Source: Candidatus Omnitrophota bacterium
GTDB taxonomy: Bacteria > Omnitrophota > Gorgyraeia > 2-01-FULL-45-10
Direction: 5' to 3'
Assembly: GCA_028699255.1 (NCBI GenBank)
Contig: JAQVUX010000006.1
Location: 89,928 to 153,927 of the forward strand
Length of the DNA: 64,000 nt
Part shown: positions 36,601 to 51,600 of the stretch, piece by piece
Position numbering within the stretch: position 1 is the first letter of the stretch
Layout of the letters: every line of letters begins with the position of its first letter
Notes under the pieces: model-generated
What the model was told of the DNA's origin: nothing
The model's database searches: none
What the model saw: the letters and a program-made list of their open reading frames with translations, nothing else
Made by a program: the position numbers and the translations under genes

Positions 36601-39600
36601 GAAACTCCAGAGCTGTCCCCGGAAGAAATCAGCCAAGCGGTAGACGAAGGTTTAGCCAGGCTTACAAGGCAAAATGACGGATTTGAACATGCGCTTATAA
36701 GATCCAAATTTACCACAAACGCCGAAAACAAATTACTCGCGACAGTAGAAATTTTAGTGGATAGCCGCGGAGTGCCGCGCTACTTAGCGGATGAGAAAAA
36801 CACGATATCCGATGAAGAGAGAAATACGCTTACCGAGGTTGCCGTAACAGTCGACGATACGGGAAGAATAAATCCAGAGACCATTGAAGTCTCGTCCCCA
36901 GAGAAATCAAAATTATCAGACCAGGCAAAAACAACACTTCAGCAAATAACCGCTAAATATAACAAACAACTGCCGTCTTCATTGCGAATAATCGCAAAAA
37001 GAGCCGTTTCCGCCGTAACCCATTTTATGGAGAATGCGTGGAGCGCGGCGAAGGAACATTTAGAAAGCATCTCCCCTGAACAAAAAAGAGTATATCTTAT
37101 TGTATTTATCATGGGAATTGCGGGGGTAGTTTCGGCGCTTATGTTCACATATTTGGCGTGCATAGGTAATTTAAATATTTCGCCCGTTAGTCTGCGTACC
37201 ACTGAAGGCGGTATCAATCTGATAGCAGCATTAGGGATTTCGGCTATTATAAGGAAATCAGCCGTCTCGCGTATTCCCGAAGCGTTCATAACAAGAAACG
37301 CTCAAGCGAAGAAGAATAAAGAAGAGAGAAGAGGCAAGATCGAGGTAATAGTAAAAGACGCCGGTCAAGACGGCATTACTATAACAAAAATCCTTTCTCA
37401 GCTCACCGCCCAAGGCGTTACCGTAAGCCGTTCTACCGTATTTAATGACCTGAAAGAATTAGCCGCAAAGAGCGACGCAGTGATCACGATTGAAAAAGCC
37501 AGCGGTAAAGCGAATATATACAGGATTAGACCTCAAGCTACTCCGGTGCCGGAAGCCGCACCTATAGAAACGCCGCAGGCTGTAGCGCCTGTAGCGGAAG
37601 TTACTCCTGCGCCTGCAGTCGAAGCCGCACCAGCTCCGGAAACTCCAGAGCTGTCCCCGGAAGAAATCAGCCAAGCGGTAGACGAAGGTTTAGCCAGGCT
37701 TACAAGGCAAAATGACGGATTTGAACATGCGCTTATAAGATCCAAATTTACCACAAACGCCGAAAACAAATTACTCGCGACAGTAGAAATTTTAGTGGAT
37801 AGCCGCGGAGTGCCGCGCTACTTAGCGGATGAGAAAAATACGATATCCGATGAAGAGAGAAATACGCTTACCGAGGTTGCCGTAACAGTCGACGATACGG
37901 GAAGGATAAATCCAGAAAACATCGAAGTATTTCATGGGAAAGAATTATCGGACCAGGCAAAAACAACACTTCAGCAGATAATCGCTAAATATAACAAACA
38001 ACTGCCGTATTCATTGCGAATATTTGCAAAACGTGCGTGGAATGCGGCGAGAGAAAAGCTGGGATCCGTATTAAGCATACAAAAGATCTCCCCGGATTTC
38101 CTTGCCCGCACGATATCTTACACATTAGCTGGGTCTTTAATACTCGCACTTTTTGTATTCTGGCAACCGGCCGCTTTTACAGGATTTGTTCACAATGTTG
38201 AATGGTTCCTCGGAACCGTTGTAAGCAGTACCTCGCTGTCCTATCACGGAGTAAGCCTTTCTGCCGGCAAGATCATGCTGGCATTATCTATGTTCGAGCT
38301 TGTCGCGACTCCTATCACGCTCGGACTTAAAATAATGCTTAAGAGGGCGGGGATGGCTGAAGATGTGCCGGTGGTTGATGCCACTTCCACAGCAGATGAG
38401 ATCAATGCGGCGATGAAGGCGCGTTTTGGCTATACGGTAGATGAGCTTCAGGCGGCCATGGAAGCCCAAGCGCTTAAACGCGCCACCGGTGAGCAGGGGG
38501 AGGTAGCGCTTAAAAAGATACGCGCGCTGTTTGAAGGCTTCGGGCATGATAAGTGGCAGTTGCTCCGAACTTATAAATTACTCGAATCGGGATGGTTCGA
38601 CACGCTGGGTGTTCTCGCGGCGGCAAGCAGGCGCCAGCGTCTCGGCCCGGTACTTAATTTCATCAACAATATGATAAACCCGATCGAGCTTTTAAAGATA
38701 ATATACGGTTTTTATCCGGCATTCTATCTGGAAAAGATAAAGCGATCGTTCCAGTCCGGAGGGGCCGAGCTTTTACAACTTAACGAAAAGCAGGCAGAGC
38801 AGGCTATGCCCATGTTTGGGACCTCTGACACGAGAGAGCTTGTTCTCGATATATTTGCCCGCTCTGTAATGCCGCGTATAGGCAATACCAAGTCCGTTTC
38901 ATCTTATATGTGGACCGGCGGTTTGCAGTATGTTTCAGCCGTGTGGGCCGATTCCATATATATTAAAGGAACATTGCAATTCATAAAAGCGCGGCTTACG
39001 CTCGCGTTCGCAAGCAGAGTAGGCTCGATCCTCATACTTACTCCGCTATCCTGGATGTTCAATCTGAACGGTCAATGGCTCGCCGGCGCCGCTCAGAAAT
39101 TCTTTAGCGGGCAGATGGGCCTGCAGTTGCCGGTGCCAGGCGCTGTGCCGGGCGTAGCCAATCTCGCGTCGAACGAGAATTTCCTATTCGGTTTTATACC
39201 GGGCATAGCGAAAACCATGGCCCCGATAAATTACGCCGGAGTAATGGCGCGCGAATTCATCATTTCCGGCGCGGCAAAACAGCTTACCTTGGCCGCCGTC
39301 GCGGGAGCATTCTCTACTACGTTTGTTCTTCGGATATTTGCCGGCGCTCGAAGGCTGTACAGTGATTATAGACAAACAGGGAAGATAAATATAGCCAAAT
39401 ACATGACAACTGCGGCTATTGTTGCCATGGTTATGAGTATCGGAAAATCTACATGGGGTATGTGGTTGGTCAATGTCGAAATACCGATGGTATTAGGCCA
39501 GGCCGCAGTTGCCGACAGGGTTATGTTTGGGCAGGGCGGCGGCACATATTTACATGATACACTGGCCCTTGTAGAAGGCCATGAAGGCGCCATAGGTGTA

Positions 39601-42600
39601 GGTAATACGATTTTTGACAGGACGCTATCCATGCTTGGGATAGGCGCGCCTGTTGCGGAACAAGCGCCGGCGCCGGCTACTATACCGTCTGTGCCTCAGG
39701 CGGAAAAGGCAGAAGCCGCGAAAGTTATTGCGCCTACTGTTGAAAAACCTTTAGAGATCGCAAAGCCGGTTGTTGTTCCGGAAAAAGCGGCAGTCAAGTC
39801 CACTGTTGCTCAGGCACCAGCGCCTTTACGGGAAAAAGAATTGGCTCAGACGCCATCCGCGCCGATCACGGAAAAAGCAAAGCGCGTGACGGTTTTCAAA
39901 CCGGTCGCGGTTACTAAACCTGTCGAAGCTTTACCGCCGCGTGTAGAGTCGTCTGAGGCAAAAACCCGTGAAGCCGCCTTATCAGATAATAGATCTCGCG
40001 GCGCTCTCGCATACAAAACCGAGATGGCGGCCTACGATGCGGCAAATAACAACAAAGATTATAGCGGAGCCTTTGCTCACCTCGACAAATCCATAAATAT
40101 TATCGAGGCACTTATTAAAAATGGTAATAGCGACTTACCCGGCATGCTGGCGCAATTAAAAGCTACCCGGCAGGATCTTTTGCAAAGATACGCCTTCGGC
40201 GATCCGGATGGATATAAAAATACAATCGCGGCGTATATTGAAATAAACGCACGCTATGATAGCGATCTCAAAAAATATAATGCGGCGGCCAAGGCGGGGA
40301 ATGCCAAAGATGCGTTAAAATATGCGACTCTATGCGCGAGTGAAATCAGAGAGATGTTAGCCGCCGGAGCCGCCAAGCTTTATCCACAACTTGAGAGGGC
40401 GTCCAAGAAGTGGTCGGATATTGAGAATTATCAACGTACGAAATCCGCATCTCCTGTCGTAAAATCGCAAGAAACCGCAAAAGTTACAACTAAGGACGAG
40501 CTCGCTGAAAATGCCATCCAATACTGGGCGGAGTCTCAGATACTTCGCGGCAGGTATCTCGAGGCCATACAAAAAACAGCTAATCTTAAGGCAGAGTACG
40601 ATAATTACATTAATAAGTCCATTAAGTTGAGAGGCATTTCTCCGGTTATAGACGCGCGTCTGAAAACGCTCGCCGGTGAAATCGCGGCCTCGCAAAGGGC
40701 AGAGAAGAACGCTTTGAAGGCCATGAGCGCTTTAAAAGACGCCGCCGAGAAAAAGGAGGCGGATATTAAGAGTTTTCGGTATAAAAATCTTCTCAAAGCG
40801 TATAGCATAGCCAATGACCACTACGCAAAAGCGGCAGGCGACAGGGAACTTGCCCTCGAGTATCTCGAGGAGATGATAATCATAGCCGGGAAGATGGCGC
40901 AATTATATGATAAAAATGCCGATGTAAAAGAACTTCTGAAGCAATTACAGGCCCGCGTTCCGGTGAGATACCCTATTCTTGCCAATTCATATCTGAACGT
41001 TATCAGGCAACTCACATTTGCCAATAAAAATGGCAAGATTGATTCCCTAACTCTGCAGAAAGCGTCGTTCAAGCTCAACAAAGAGATATTGAAAGAGCTT
41101 CAAGCTATTAAGACCACTCCGAGATTTGTTCGGACCAGAGAAGAGCGGCTTTATGATGGCCGGGCGCTGGGAAATGAAAAAAGTGAATGGCCGCGTCGGG
41201 AGATCAAAGATATCAATGAAGAGATAAAAATAATCGAACAGTTTGTGGCAGATAATGAAGCGAAGTTAAGGGCGAAAGACCTGCAGTATAAGTTTTTGAG
41301 GGGTGAAAAGAGCTTTTCTGATTATAAAAAAGAAGCCGCCGCTATATTTTCCAAATTCGGATTTAAAATATCCATTCCAGCACGCGAAGCGGACGCGCGC
41401 TCCGCAATAATCGAAGACGCAATAGTAACAGAACAGATAGCCGCCTCGAGTGTCAGAAGCCAGCTTCAGGAGATATCGGAAGAGCTGGGAAGGCGGACAT
41501 TGACTCCGCAAAATAAAGGGTATGTAAGACGTGATAGTTTAAGGCAGGCGATACAAAGCAGGTTGGACGAGGTAAACGGGCGCATAAAATCTTTGCAGGT
41601 TGCGGAAAAGGCCGTGAAAGAAGGCAAGCCATTACCGAAAGGCTTGGATCTCCCCGTTATAGAACTTGAAGAGCCGAAAGCTGACATGGCTAAACTAAGG
41701 CCGCTACTTGTCGAGCCCACCGTAGAAATGCTGGGTATCCCACACGCGCCGGCTGAGCTGAAACCTTTCGTGGCAGATATTATAAAGCAGGGGCTCGGCA
41801 TTGATAATCCATCCGATAAGTCCATCGATATCCTGGCTCATCTCTTTAGCCGTTATTTTGAAACGCATTATTTTGTGCATGCGGATGAAAGAGCTCAATA
41901 TTTCAAGCTTATGACGGCGATCTTGCGAGAATTGAAGGCGCAGGGTTTCTTTGAGAGCCAGGAAGTATTATTACCCGGCGAAGAGATGTCGAGCATGTGG
42001 AGCGCGAATCTTTCGGGCCCTGTTTCCAACTCAGAAGTGCAATTATTAACTAAAACATTTCCTGAAAAACGAAGTGAGTTGAGCGTTATAAACCGTCTGG
42101 GGTTTGCCAGCAGTATGGCATGCCATATTATGCGAGTGCGGTATATCGATAACAGCGCTCCGGACAATCTTCTCAGCGACTTACAGGCTGTTCCAGAAGG
42201 CCAGATGGATAATTATGTAAAACTGTTAGTGTCGAACATATTGAAATTAAAACCCAGGATGGAAAGTGCTATAGGCATGTCGGTAAGCATAAGCAGTCTC
42301 GGCAGGACGGGTTGGGGATGCGTCATGAGCGCGGCCGTGTATTTATCCGCCGCCCGTAGCGTGAATCTATCGCCGGTCATAAATTCGGGCAAAGACCGCT
42401 TTGATGTTCGCGGCCTGGTTTTCCCGTCTTTTGGTATAGATGCGGATAGCGTCCCAAGCAGTTGGCTTAAAAAAGCCGTAGGCCCCGGCGGCTCTATAAG
42501 AGAGAACGCAGAGTTCTATGGGCCAGATAATGATAAGGAGCGTATTTTAATAGGCCCAACATTTGATAACGCCGATCTTAACATGATACCGGTGAGTATA

Positions 42601-45600
42601 ATATTAGGAAAGCGCGCCGAGCAAGGCGCCATAGAAACACTTACAAACTTATGGAATTTTAAGGGCATCTATAGGGTTGATGATAATGTGTCGGAAGCTA
42701 TAAGAATACGGGAAATATTATCTGTCTATCTGGAGTATATGGGCGAACCGAGTGACGCGGAGATTGCCGCAAGCCCTGAGCTAAGAAATGAATTCGCCGA
42801 GTGGGATAGGATAATCGCGCAATCCAACGATCCATATGTCAGGCAAAAAGAAATGTCGGCTAAAGACGAAGCGCGTCAGGAAATGCGCGATTCTATATTG
42901 CTCGGAAATGCTATGTACTGGTGGGAAAGGGCGAGGAAAGAAAGACATGATTTTTCCGTAGCGGAATTCAGAGAATTAATGAAGCAGGTGAAAGCGGACA
43001 GCGTGGATGCCATACAGATACTAAAATTAATACATGGCAAAGACTATCAGCCGGATTTCCACAGAGCGGCCGATATGGGCTGGCTGATATCGTATTCACT
43101 CCCGCGGCTTTTAGAATCGAAGGAATCGGCTGATAAAACAGTTCCTGCGCAAGGGCCGGTTTCCCCGCGAGGCATGAGCCGCATAGAGGCTTTTAACCTG
43201 CTTCTGGACGCGGATAAAGACGGTAATTTAAGAGATTTGACCGAGAAGTATCTGGCCAAAACCGGATCGTTGGTTAATTATGGCAAGCTTACCCCAACCG
43301 CCCTTCTTGACCCGCAGGTATGGGGGAAGATACAATTTTTAGCTTCTAATTATCTTGAAGGCAAAGAAGCGCCCTCTGCCGTAAAAAATTTCGCTGGTAT
43401 GGTCAAGGCCAGAATAAGGATGATCGACGCCGCCGAACGGCTGGGACAGACAAAAGATAAAGTCATATCAGTATACGAAGGTACGCGGGAAGAAGCGTTA
43501 AAGGCGTATATAAACAGTCAGGAGTCGGCGCACCGTAGGGTAATGGGCGCCAGGCCGGTAAGCGACGCCATGCGTAGGGCATGGGAGAAACGTTTTGCTT
43601 CCCAGTGGGACCTGTACCATACTATGAAGAAGGCCTATATTGAAACAAAAGCGTCCGAATATAAGAAAGACGCCGGTGTTTCTGATGTGCCAAAAGAGCT
43701 ATTCAGCATATGGGGCAGTGAATTCCCGGGTATGTATTGGGAAGGCAATCTTTCTTCCGAAGCTGAAAATTTTGAAAAGAAGGCAACGGAAAAACAGGTT
43801 GAAAAAGAAATTATTGTAAGGCCTCCTACGGAAGAAATAAAGAGTATTAAAACACCCGTTGCAAAGCCTGCCGCCCAGCCGGCATCAGAAAAAGGCGCGC
43901 AAACCATACCGGCCATTCCGTCGTTTGCCCGGATGCTTTTTAACGCGTTAATAGGCCAGCATCCCGCAAATATAGACTCTCTTGCGCCTAAAGATTATCC
44001 TGTTTGGGGCATATCTACGGCAGATAATCCTGAAAACCCGGAGCAGTATGAGGAATTAGGCGCGCCCATCGGCTCTAAGGACAGAGCTAATAAAGGTTAT
44101 CCGGATAAACAGATTATAACCCCATATGCCGCAGTCTTGGCACTTGACTGTGCTCCAAAGGAGGCGGTAAGGAATATAACCCAGATATTAAACAGGTACC
44201 CGCAGGCTATAGGTAAATATGGCCCGTATGATTCCATAGATCTTAAAAGCGGGGCGGTATCTAATACATATGTAGCTGATAACAAAGGCATGGAGTTTAT
44301 AACAATAGCGAATTATTTCAGCGGCGGAGCAGTACAAAAATATTTTTCCGGGAGTAGCATTGTTAAGCAGGCTCTGCCGCTTCTTAATGAGAATTTTAGC
44401 CGGATGAAGATGCCGGATGGATTATCGTTAGAAAAAAACATATCAAAAGAAGAGAAGGAAACCCTGCTTAAACTCGAAAAAGCGGCATGGGATTATTTTG
44501 CGGATAATTCCAACGCATCGACGAACTGGCTCCCGCCGAATAGGATAAATTCCGGAGAGTCAAAATCATACACTTCGATTACCAATATAGGGCTGTACCT
44601 CGCCGGCATAGTAGCCGCTGAAAAAAGAGGTTACATTACATCCGACGAGGCCAAAGACAGATTATCAAAAGCACTCGATGCTATAAGCAAATTGGATACA
44701 TGGAATGGGCTTTTTAGGAATTATTATGATTTGGGGACGCTCAAATCTTCTACGAAAAGCGATAGGCTGATATCACCTGTCGACAACGGATGGCTCGCCG
44801 CAGGCCTTATAGTTGCTGGTGAGGCGCATCCCGAATTAAAGGACAAAGCGCATGGCGTAGTGACCGGTATGCAATTCGGCCATCTTTATGATAAAAATGC
44901 CGGTAACCTTGTAAATAATTACGACGAAAATAGCGGCCCCGCATCTTCGCATTATGGGCTTATCTATACCGAAATAAGGCCTACCCTTATCATTGCCATA
45001 GGACTGGGAAAATTAAACAAAGATCCTTCGGTGCCGATAGTCCCCGAAACCGCATGGCATAGCACCGCAAGAACGCTCCCCGCCGATTGGGACTGGCAGG
45101 CTCAGCGGCCGGACGACTCATATTATTCGTATAAAGTAAACGTGAATGGAAAAGAAGAGACGGTTTGTTTCGTCCCGTCGTGGGGCGGCAGTATGTTTGA
45201 AGGATTGATGCCCAATCTATTTATCGATAATAAGATTTATTCGCCGAAAGGGTATGCGATACAGGATGCCGTGTATGTATTCCTGCATAAATATTTCGCG
45301 ACAGGCGCTTCCGCGCAAAAGGTTGAAACCCCGGTAACTCAACCGGTAAAAGTTGCTCCCGCGGAAAAGCCTGCCGTCGCCGTACCGAGTCCCGAGGCTA
45401 AAATACTGCCGATTGTTACCCGCGAACAAGCCGTATCTCAGGAATCATTAGTTTCAGGTGTGCCGCAAACGCCAGAGTCACCACTGGTGATACCAGGTTA
45501 TATAAGTGATGCCATAGCGGGGGCGAAACCCGGGAATACAGCCGATGAAGGTGTCGAAGCCGTTCTTAAGCTAAGAGAGCTTCTAAGCATATTGGCGGAC

Positions 45601-48600
45601 GAAAAAGTATTCTCGATAGCCGATGAAGGCGGCGCTTTTGATAATGCGCTGATAAGTTACGAGAAAAAGAGATCCGCGGAATTGAATAAACTGTTTAAAG
45701 GCAATGACAAATTAGCGAAGAGCGTTTTGCGGGAAGAATTGAAGAACTTTGCCGTTCAATACCGGGGAGGTGTAATAAATTCTACCGCCAATACCTTCTT
45801 CTTCGATCTCGGCATATCGGATCCCGGGGTTGTGGAGAAGATCATCCGAGCGGATAAATATATAGATATGGTGGGTAAAAGCAATAAGCACCCGCTTAGC
45901 GCTCCTGAGGTAGGGAACTGGAGGAAAGAGTTCCTCGAGAGGGTATATCTTACAGAGGCCGAGAGAAAGCTGAATGAGGATCCGAAACGTGAGCTTCTGA
46001 TAAAACGTATGGGCGAAAGAAAAGACCTTGATGATTGGCGCGGCAGTAAATTATCCGGGAAAGCCGGTGAAGCGTATCGGTACATTTCGGATCTTTTCAG
46101 GTTAATTGCTTATCTTGAGACAGCGGCCATAGATGTTTCCGAAGATATAAAGAAGGAGGAGAAGGTGCAAGAAGGCCGTCCTGTCGATGATTATGCCGCG
46201 TTAAATACGCTTTTAGAGGCATATAGGGCGACAGGAAAAGCGATCCCGGCTATTGAGGTATTAGCGGCTAAGACACAGAGTGCCGATTTCGCATTCTGGA
46301 GAAGCGCGAGGGATCATATAGAAGAGCTCGAACAACTAAAAAACACACTTCTTACAGAACAGGATTTCGCGAAACGGCCGGATGAAATAACCCGTATTTT
46401 AGAGAAAGCCAAAGATCTTCGCTCTTATGCCAAAAAAGATCCGGTTCGCGGTCTTTTAATACAACAATTTGTCGATTTAGCCGATCCCGAAAACCCCGCA
46501 AAAGCGATAACCGCTGATGATAAGAAAACGTATGTCAATGAATCGCCTTCTAATATGGCATTTGCCAAAGTTAACGCATTACTCCTCGGTATGGATCAGG
46601 TGATCAAGATGATGAAAAAAAACCGTGCGGAAGAATTAAAAACAATGAAGGAATTTTCGGATACAATGTTCGAAGAGCGCATTCGCATAGCGGAAGAGTT
46701 GAGAGCGCATGAGTTAAAAGCCTCGGAGTTCAATGAAGACTGGCAAAAAAATAAGACAGGGTGGGCAGGCAGGGTCTGGTCCAGGATGTTTGGGAGTAGC
46801 GCCGAATCCCGGGCCATAGAGGCTGAGAGAAAACGGTCTGACGATTTTAGGACAGCCCTGTATGATTATTCCGTATTGTACAACTGTTATTTATCGAGGC
46901 AGAAGACGCCGTTTGAAACAGCGATCGCCGAAGCGCAGTTCCTATATGAAAAACTTACAAAAGAACGGACGAGGGAAAATATAGCCGACCTTGAATGGTA
47001 CGAAGCCGCGAGGGCGGCCAAGAAAGAATTATTTTATAAAACATACCTGCAGATGGTTTCGAAATCTGTCGGTCGTGAGTTAAAAGGCGGAGATTTGAGT
47101 TTTATGTTCAAAGAGATAACGCTCGATCCTTATATGCGCAGGCAAAAAGATAATTATAAGCAAAAACTTGGCAACGATTATCCGGAGAACGTCAAAGAGC
47201 AGATGGGCGAGCGTTTCGTATCGGACAAGATAGCCGAATATGTAAAGTTGGAAGCGCTTGTGATGGAGCTTGAGGCAAATCTCAGAAAAAACCAGGAGAT
47301 ACCTGAATATGCCCCGCAGTTCAGCCGCGGTATTACTACGGCGACGTATATGGAATATGATGAAAAGAATATGAGTTATGATGAAAAAGCCCGGAATATT
47401 CGCGAGTGGTTTAAGGATGCCTCGCTGTGCCAGCGATTTGCCAAAAAATACCTTGGGTACTATTTCGGTTACTATACGCTCCAACATGTGGTCAGGACGA
47501 TGCGTGAAGATGACAGGGCGACCCCTGTTTTATTTGAGAAACCAGACCGCGCCGAAGCGAATTTTAAATCCAAATATTCTACCGATCTCGCATATAAAAA
47601 TTATGGTCCGCGGCTTAATAATATGCATGACACCGGATACGCTCTCAGGGTTACTTTCGACGCGGTAGATGATAACAGGTATGATCTCTTATTGAAGGAG
47701 CTGGACAGAATAAACGGCGGGAAAGCGTCTGGTGAAATCAGGATGGTTCGTGATGAAGCAGTTGAACGTCTTGGTAGTTTCCACAATGAGTTGGCTAAAT
47801 TGCTCCTGCGTTTTTACAATAGCAAACCGCGCGAATCGGTTGAACGGGATGTCACGGAGCTTGAGAAAGAAGCTCTTGCGGGAATAATCGAAAATCTTAC
47901 GATAAATCTTGAAACCCGTAATAAAGAATATGCAGATGCGAATAAAAAGATTTGGGAGAACGCGGCGGAGAGACAGGAGCTTATTAAGGAAGTGCGCCGT
48001 AATAGGAAGCGCGGATACGATAGTCTTGAGAGGTTTGACCGCACAAATACCGTGGGTAGGCTATCCATAGAGATGAATGATGCGTTGAAGGTGGCCAATC
48101 GGGTGATGCCGCCGGACGCTAAAATATCGATAAATCAGGAACGGATCGATTATTTCGTGACACAGTGCATGGAGAGCGGTATGACGCCTATGGAACAGGT
48201 GGATATCGCTTTTATAAAACCGCAAGCTTTACGAAAAATATACGTTGAGATATTTGGTAAAGAGCCGACCCCGCATCAATGGGAGGACATAAGGTTCTAT
48301 GTTGAATCAAAAATGGACCTTGATGGCTGGACTGAAGATAATGTCAGGGTATGCATAGTATATGGGGAGTATATCAGGGAAATATATAAGACCCTACCGG
48401 GCGCGCGTCAACCGAATGACGGCGAAACGAAGATGCTGGTCGAGCATATGCTAAAGAACGGAATCCTTCCTATTAATACTAATGTCCGCGAGATGAACAT
48501 TGAGCCGAATCGTATCACAGTCAAGGCGCTTATCGAAAAACGGCTTGCACCGGAGCGTGTTATAAAACTGACCGCAGATATATTGACTACGCTGGAACGC

Positions 48601-51600
48601 AAAGAATATGGAAAGCTTAGCGGCGAAGAAGAGTTTATCAATCAGGTTTTCTATCTTATGGGTTATGTACTGGACACAAATATAGTGGAGAAGCCCGAGG
48701 ATGCAAAACCTTCGTATAATAAGGAAGCTTTGGTAAAGAATATCGGCGATAGGCTTAAAGGTCTAAATATAGAAGGATCCGGCTATACCACCCAGGAGCT
48801 TGCCGGTAAGATAGTTGATAATATTATAAATAGAGGACTTCAAGCGGATAATTTTCCTGCGCTCGTCGATCGCCTTTTACAGATGAAAACGCGTATAAAT
48901 AAAGTGGACGATATTATCAGAGATAAAAAAACGAAGGCTAAGAGTGAGGGGAGAGAATTCGAGTTTAACGAAGAACAGCGCGCCGATATAGTTCCGATAA
49001 GCGAAAACGACCTGAACATCCTTGCGGTTCTGGATGATAGCCGGCAGAATAGAAGTGACGGTATAGGCATAGCGGAGATAGCCGGATTCAAGCGCGATTC
49101 TTCTGCCTGGAAACGACTGAAGGAGGACGTTAAAAAACCTATAGATGCGTTATGGGGCGGTTTGCTTAATAGTGAAGCCGAATCCCGCTATAACGCGATC
49201 CGCGGAAAAATAATAGACGCGGCATTCGCAAGATATAAAGGTAAGTACACCAAAGAGTATCTGGGTAGTATGGTCGACAGGCTGATCAGGGCCGGATTAT
49301 ATACCCCGGAAGGCGAATTGACCGAAGTAGCAAAAATAGCCGGACTGCAAAAGGCAGTCCTTTCTATGCGGGGCGTAGAACCATCCAGTGATACCGAAGA
49401 GCTTAAGAGGCAATTAGACAGGATCAGGGATAACGCGCCGGAAGATATTCTCGAAAAGGCCGAACTGGCGGCATGGCAAAAAACAGCTCAGCTTTTCGGT
49501 GTTTCCGATATTGCCGCTACCAAGGTTGGCATAAAAGAGCAGTTAGCGGCCCGTCTTTTAACGCTTGAGAAAAATATTAAAGAAGCGGCGGAGCTTGCGG
49601 GTTTACGCGCTCTCGCGACCGAAGAATTTGGTATAAATAATCCTGGCCGGAATATCATAGAAGCTACAGATCAGATTCAGCGTTCCGCCCGAGAAAATAA
49701 AGTGCCGTTCGTAAATGAATCGGAATATCTGGTGGACCTGCGCGCCAAGGCCGGCGCTCTTGGCGTAACGACCAGGGCCGGAGCTTCCAATGAAAAAGAA
49801 TTACTGAATAAGGCTATAGCCGAAGCGGAAGAAAAACTACCCCGGACATTAAAATATTATGCCGATAACGCCTTCCTGCGCTATTTCGCCGCGGAGATCG
49901 GGGTAAGCGCAAAATCCGGCGATGAAACATCTGTAAGAAAAGAAGCCGCCGACGAAGCCCGCGCAAAAGCTGAGGTAATGTTGAATGAGGCAAAATTAGA
50001 AGGACTTAAAACGGAAGCGCGGCTACTCGGGATCACGTCAGCCGATTCTGATGCGGAAGGACTTCAGGCGCAGATCGATGCCGAGGCAAGATCGATCAAA
50101 ACAAAGGAATCCGAGGTATTGGATAAAGTCAAGACGGGACTTTCTGTTGACAGTACGGCCATGTTTAAATCGATGGCGAAAATAGGTATTATTAGCTCAG
50201 TTGTTACGCTGTCACTTTCGCTTTTAGGGTACGTTATCAGAAATCTTCGTAAGTGGCTGAATCTGTTACGCGCGAAACCTCAGGCGGCAGAACAGCCGCA
50301 AGAGGCCGCGCGTGCGGCTGTTCCAGCTCCGCAGGCTGTACCGGTTTCGCCGGGCGCGCCAATCGAGCCGCAAATCGCGCCGACCGCACCTGTTCCTGCG
50401 ACCATAGTTGACAACACAAAAAATACGGAGCGCAAATTCTGGTCAAAAGGACTCTGGGACATGTCTTTCATGATGATGAAGCTGAGCGTACAAATCTCTG
50501 TTGCGTATTCACTGCTCTTCAAAGGGCCGGTGTCGCCTTTTGCAGGGTGGGCTTTCAATTTCGGCGCCCTCGGAACATTTTTAAAGTCAGTATGGGCATA
50601 TTTCTTTACTTCAGGGATAATTGATTTTGACAGTTTCGGCGTGTTTTTGCAGTCAGCAAGCCACGATTTACAAGCATTGGCTCCATTTGCCGCGGTAGGC
50701 CTGGCAATAGGAGTGGTAACTCTTATAATGAATCAGGTTGTAAAATACGGACGGCAATCAGTCGGTATAAGGATTTTAAAAGAAAAACCGGGATTTGCGG
50801 GCACTCTGCACTTAATCGCTAAGTCCGCATTTCTTGCCCCCGTGCTTGCGTTTGCCAGCTACTTTTTCATATCAAAAGGCAATCTAATCGCGACCTCCGG
50901 CGCCGGAAACGCTATATGGTTATTCAGCTCTCCGGTTATCGTGTTAGGGGCTATTTTCGCCATAATCTATGTAAGTAATAAACTTTTGATAAAGGCTTTC
51001 CCGCGCTCTTCGACACTTAGGTCTATTTCGGTACTCGGGATCACTGTGGCAGGTATAGCAACGATCGCTATGTTTCTGCCGGGTGGATTGTTCTCGAATT
51101 TTGCCAATGTATTCACCTTCGGCGTATATGCTTATATAATAGGTAAGTTCAGTTTCAGGACGTTCGAATTTATTTCGTCAGCCTTACAGATACCCGCCCG
51201 TTTCGTATGGGATCGGGAAGGCGAAAAAGCCTGGAGCAAAGAGGCATTATGGGACGGGTGGAAACATTTTAAAGGATCGTTGAACAATTTTGTGTTCGAA
51301 GGTGTTCTATTCTCCACCACGATGGTTTATGTTTTTGTTACGCAGAACATGTTCACAAGTGTAGGATGGCTCGTGGCCCTTGGCGCGGCATTGTATTACT
51401 ACTCCAATAATAGCGCCGCGTCTCTTACGGCCGGGCAGGTATTTTATATAGGCAAGAATTTTGTAAAGACGACGTCATTTGCTCTATCTATATATTTCTT
51501 CGCGCAGATAGGTATCGCTCTGAGCGGAGGCGCGGCAGTCGCGAGCATATCGCAAAATCTGGGCTATATCGTTCTTATTACAGTGATCAATATATTTGTC

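Noticed and set aside
36421-37769. Paired identical antisense ORFs (36421..36636 with 37459..37674; 36495..36731 with 37533..37769)
   Set aside because: Artefacts of the 1,038-bp intragenic tandem repeat on the non-coding strand
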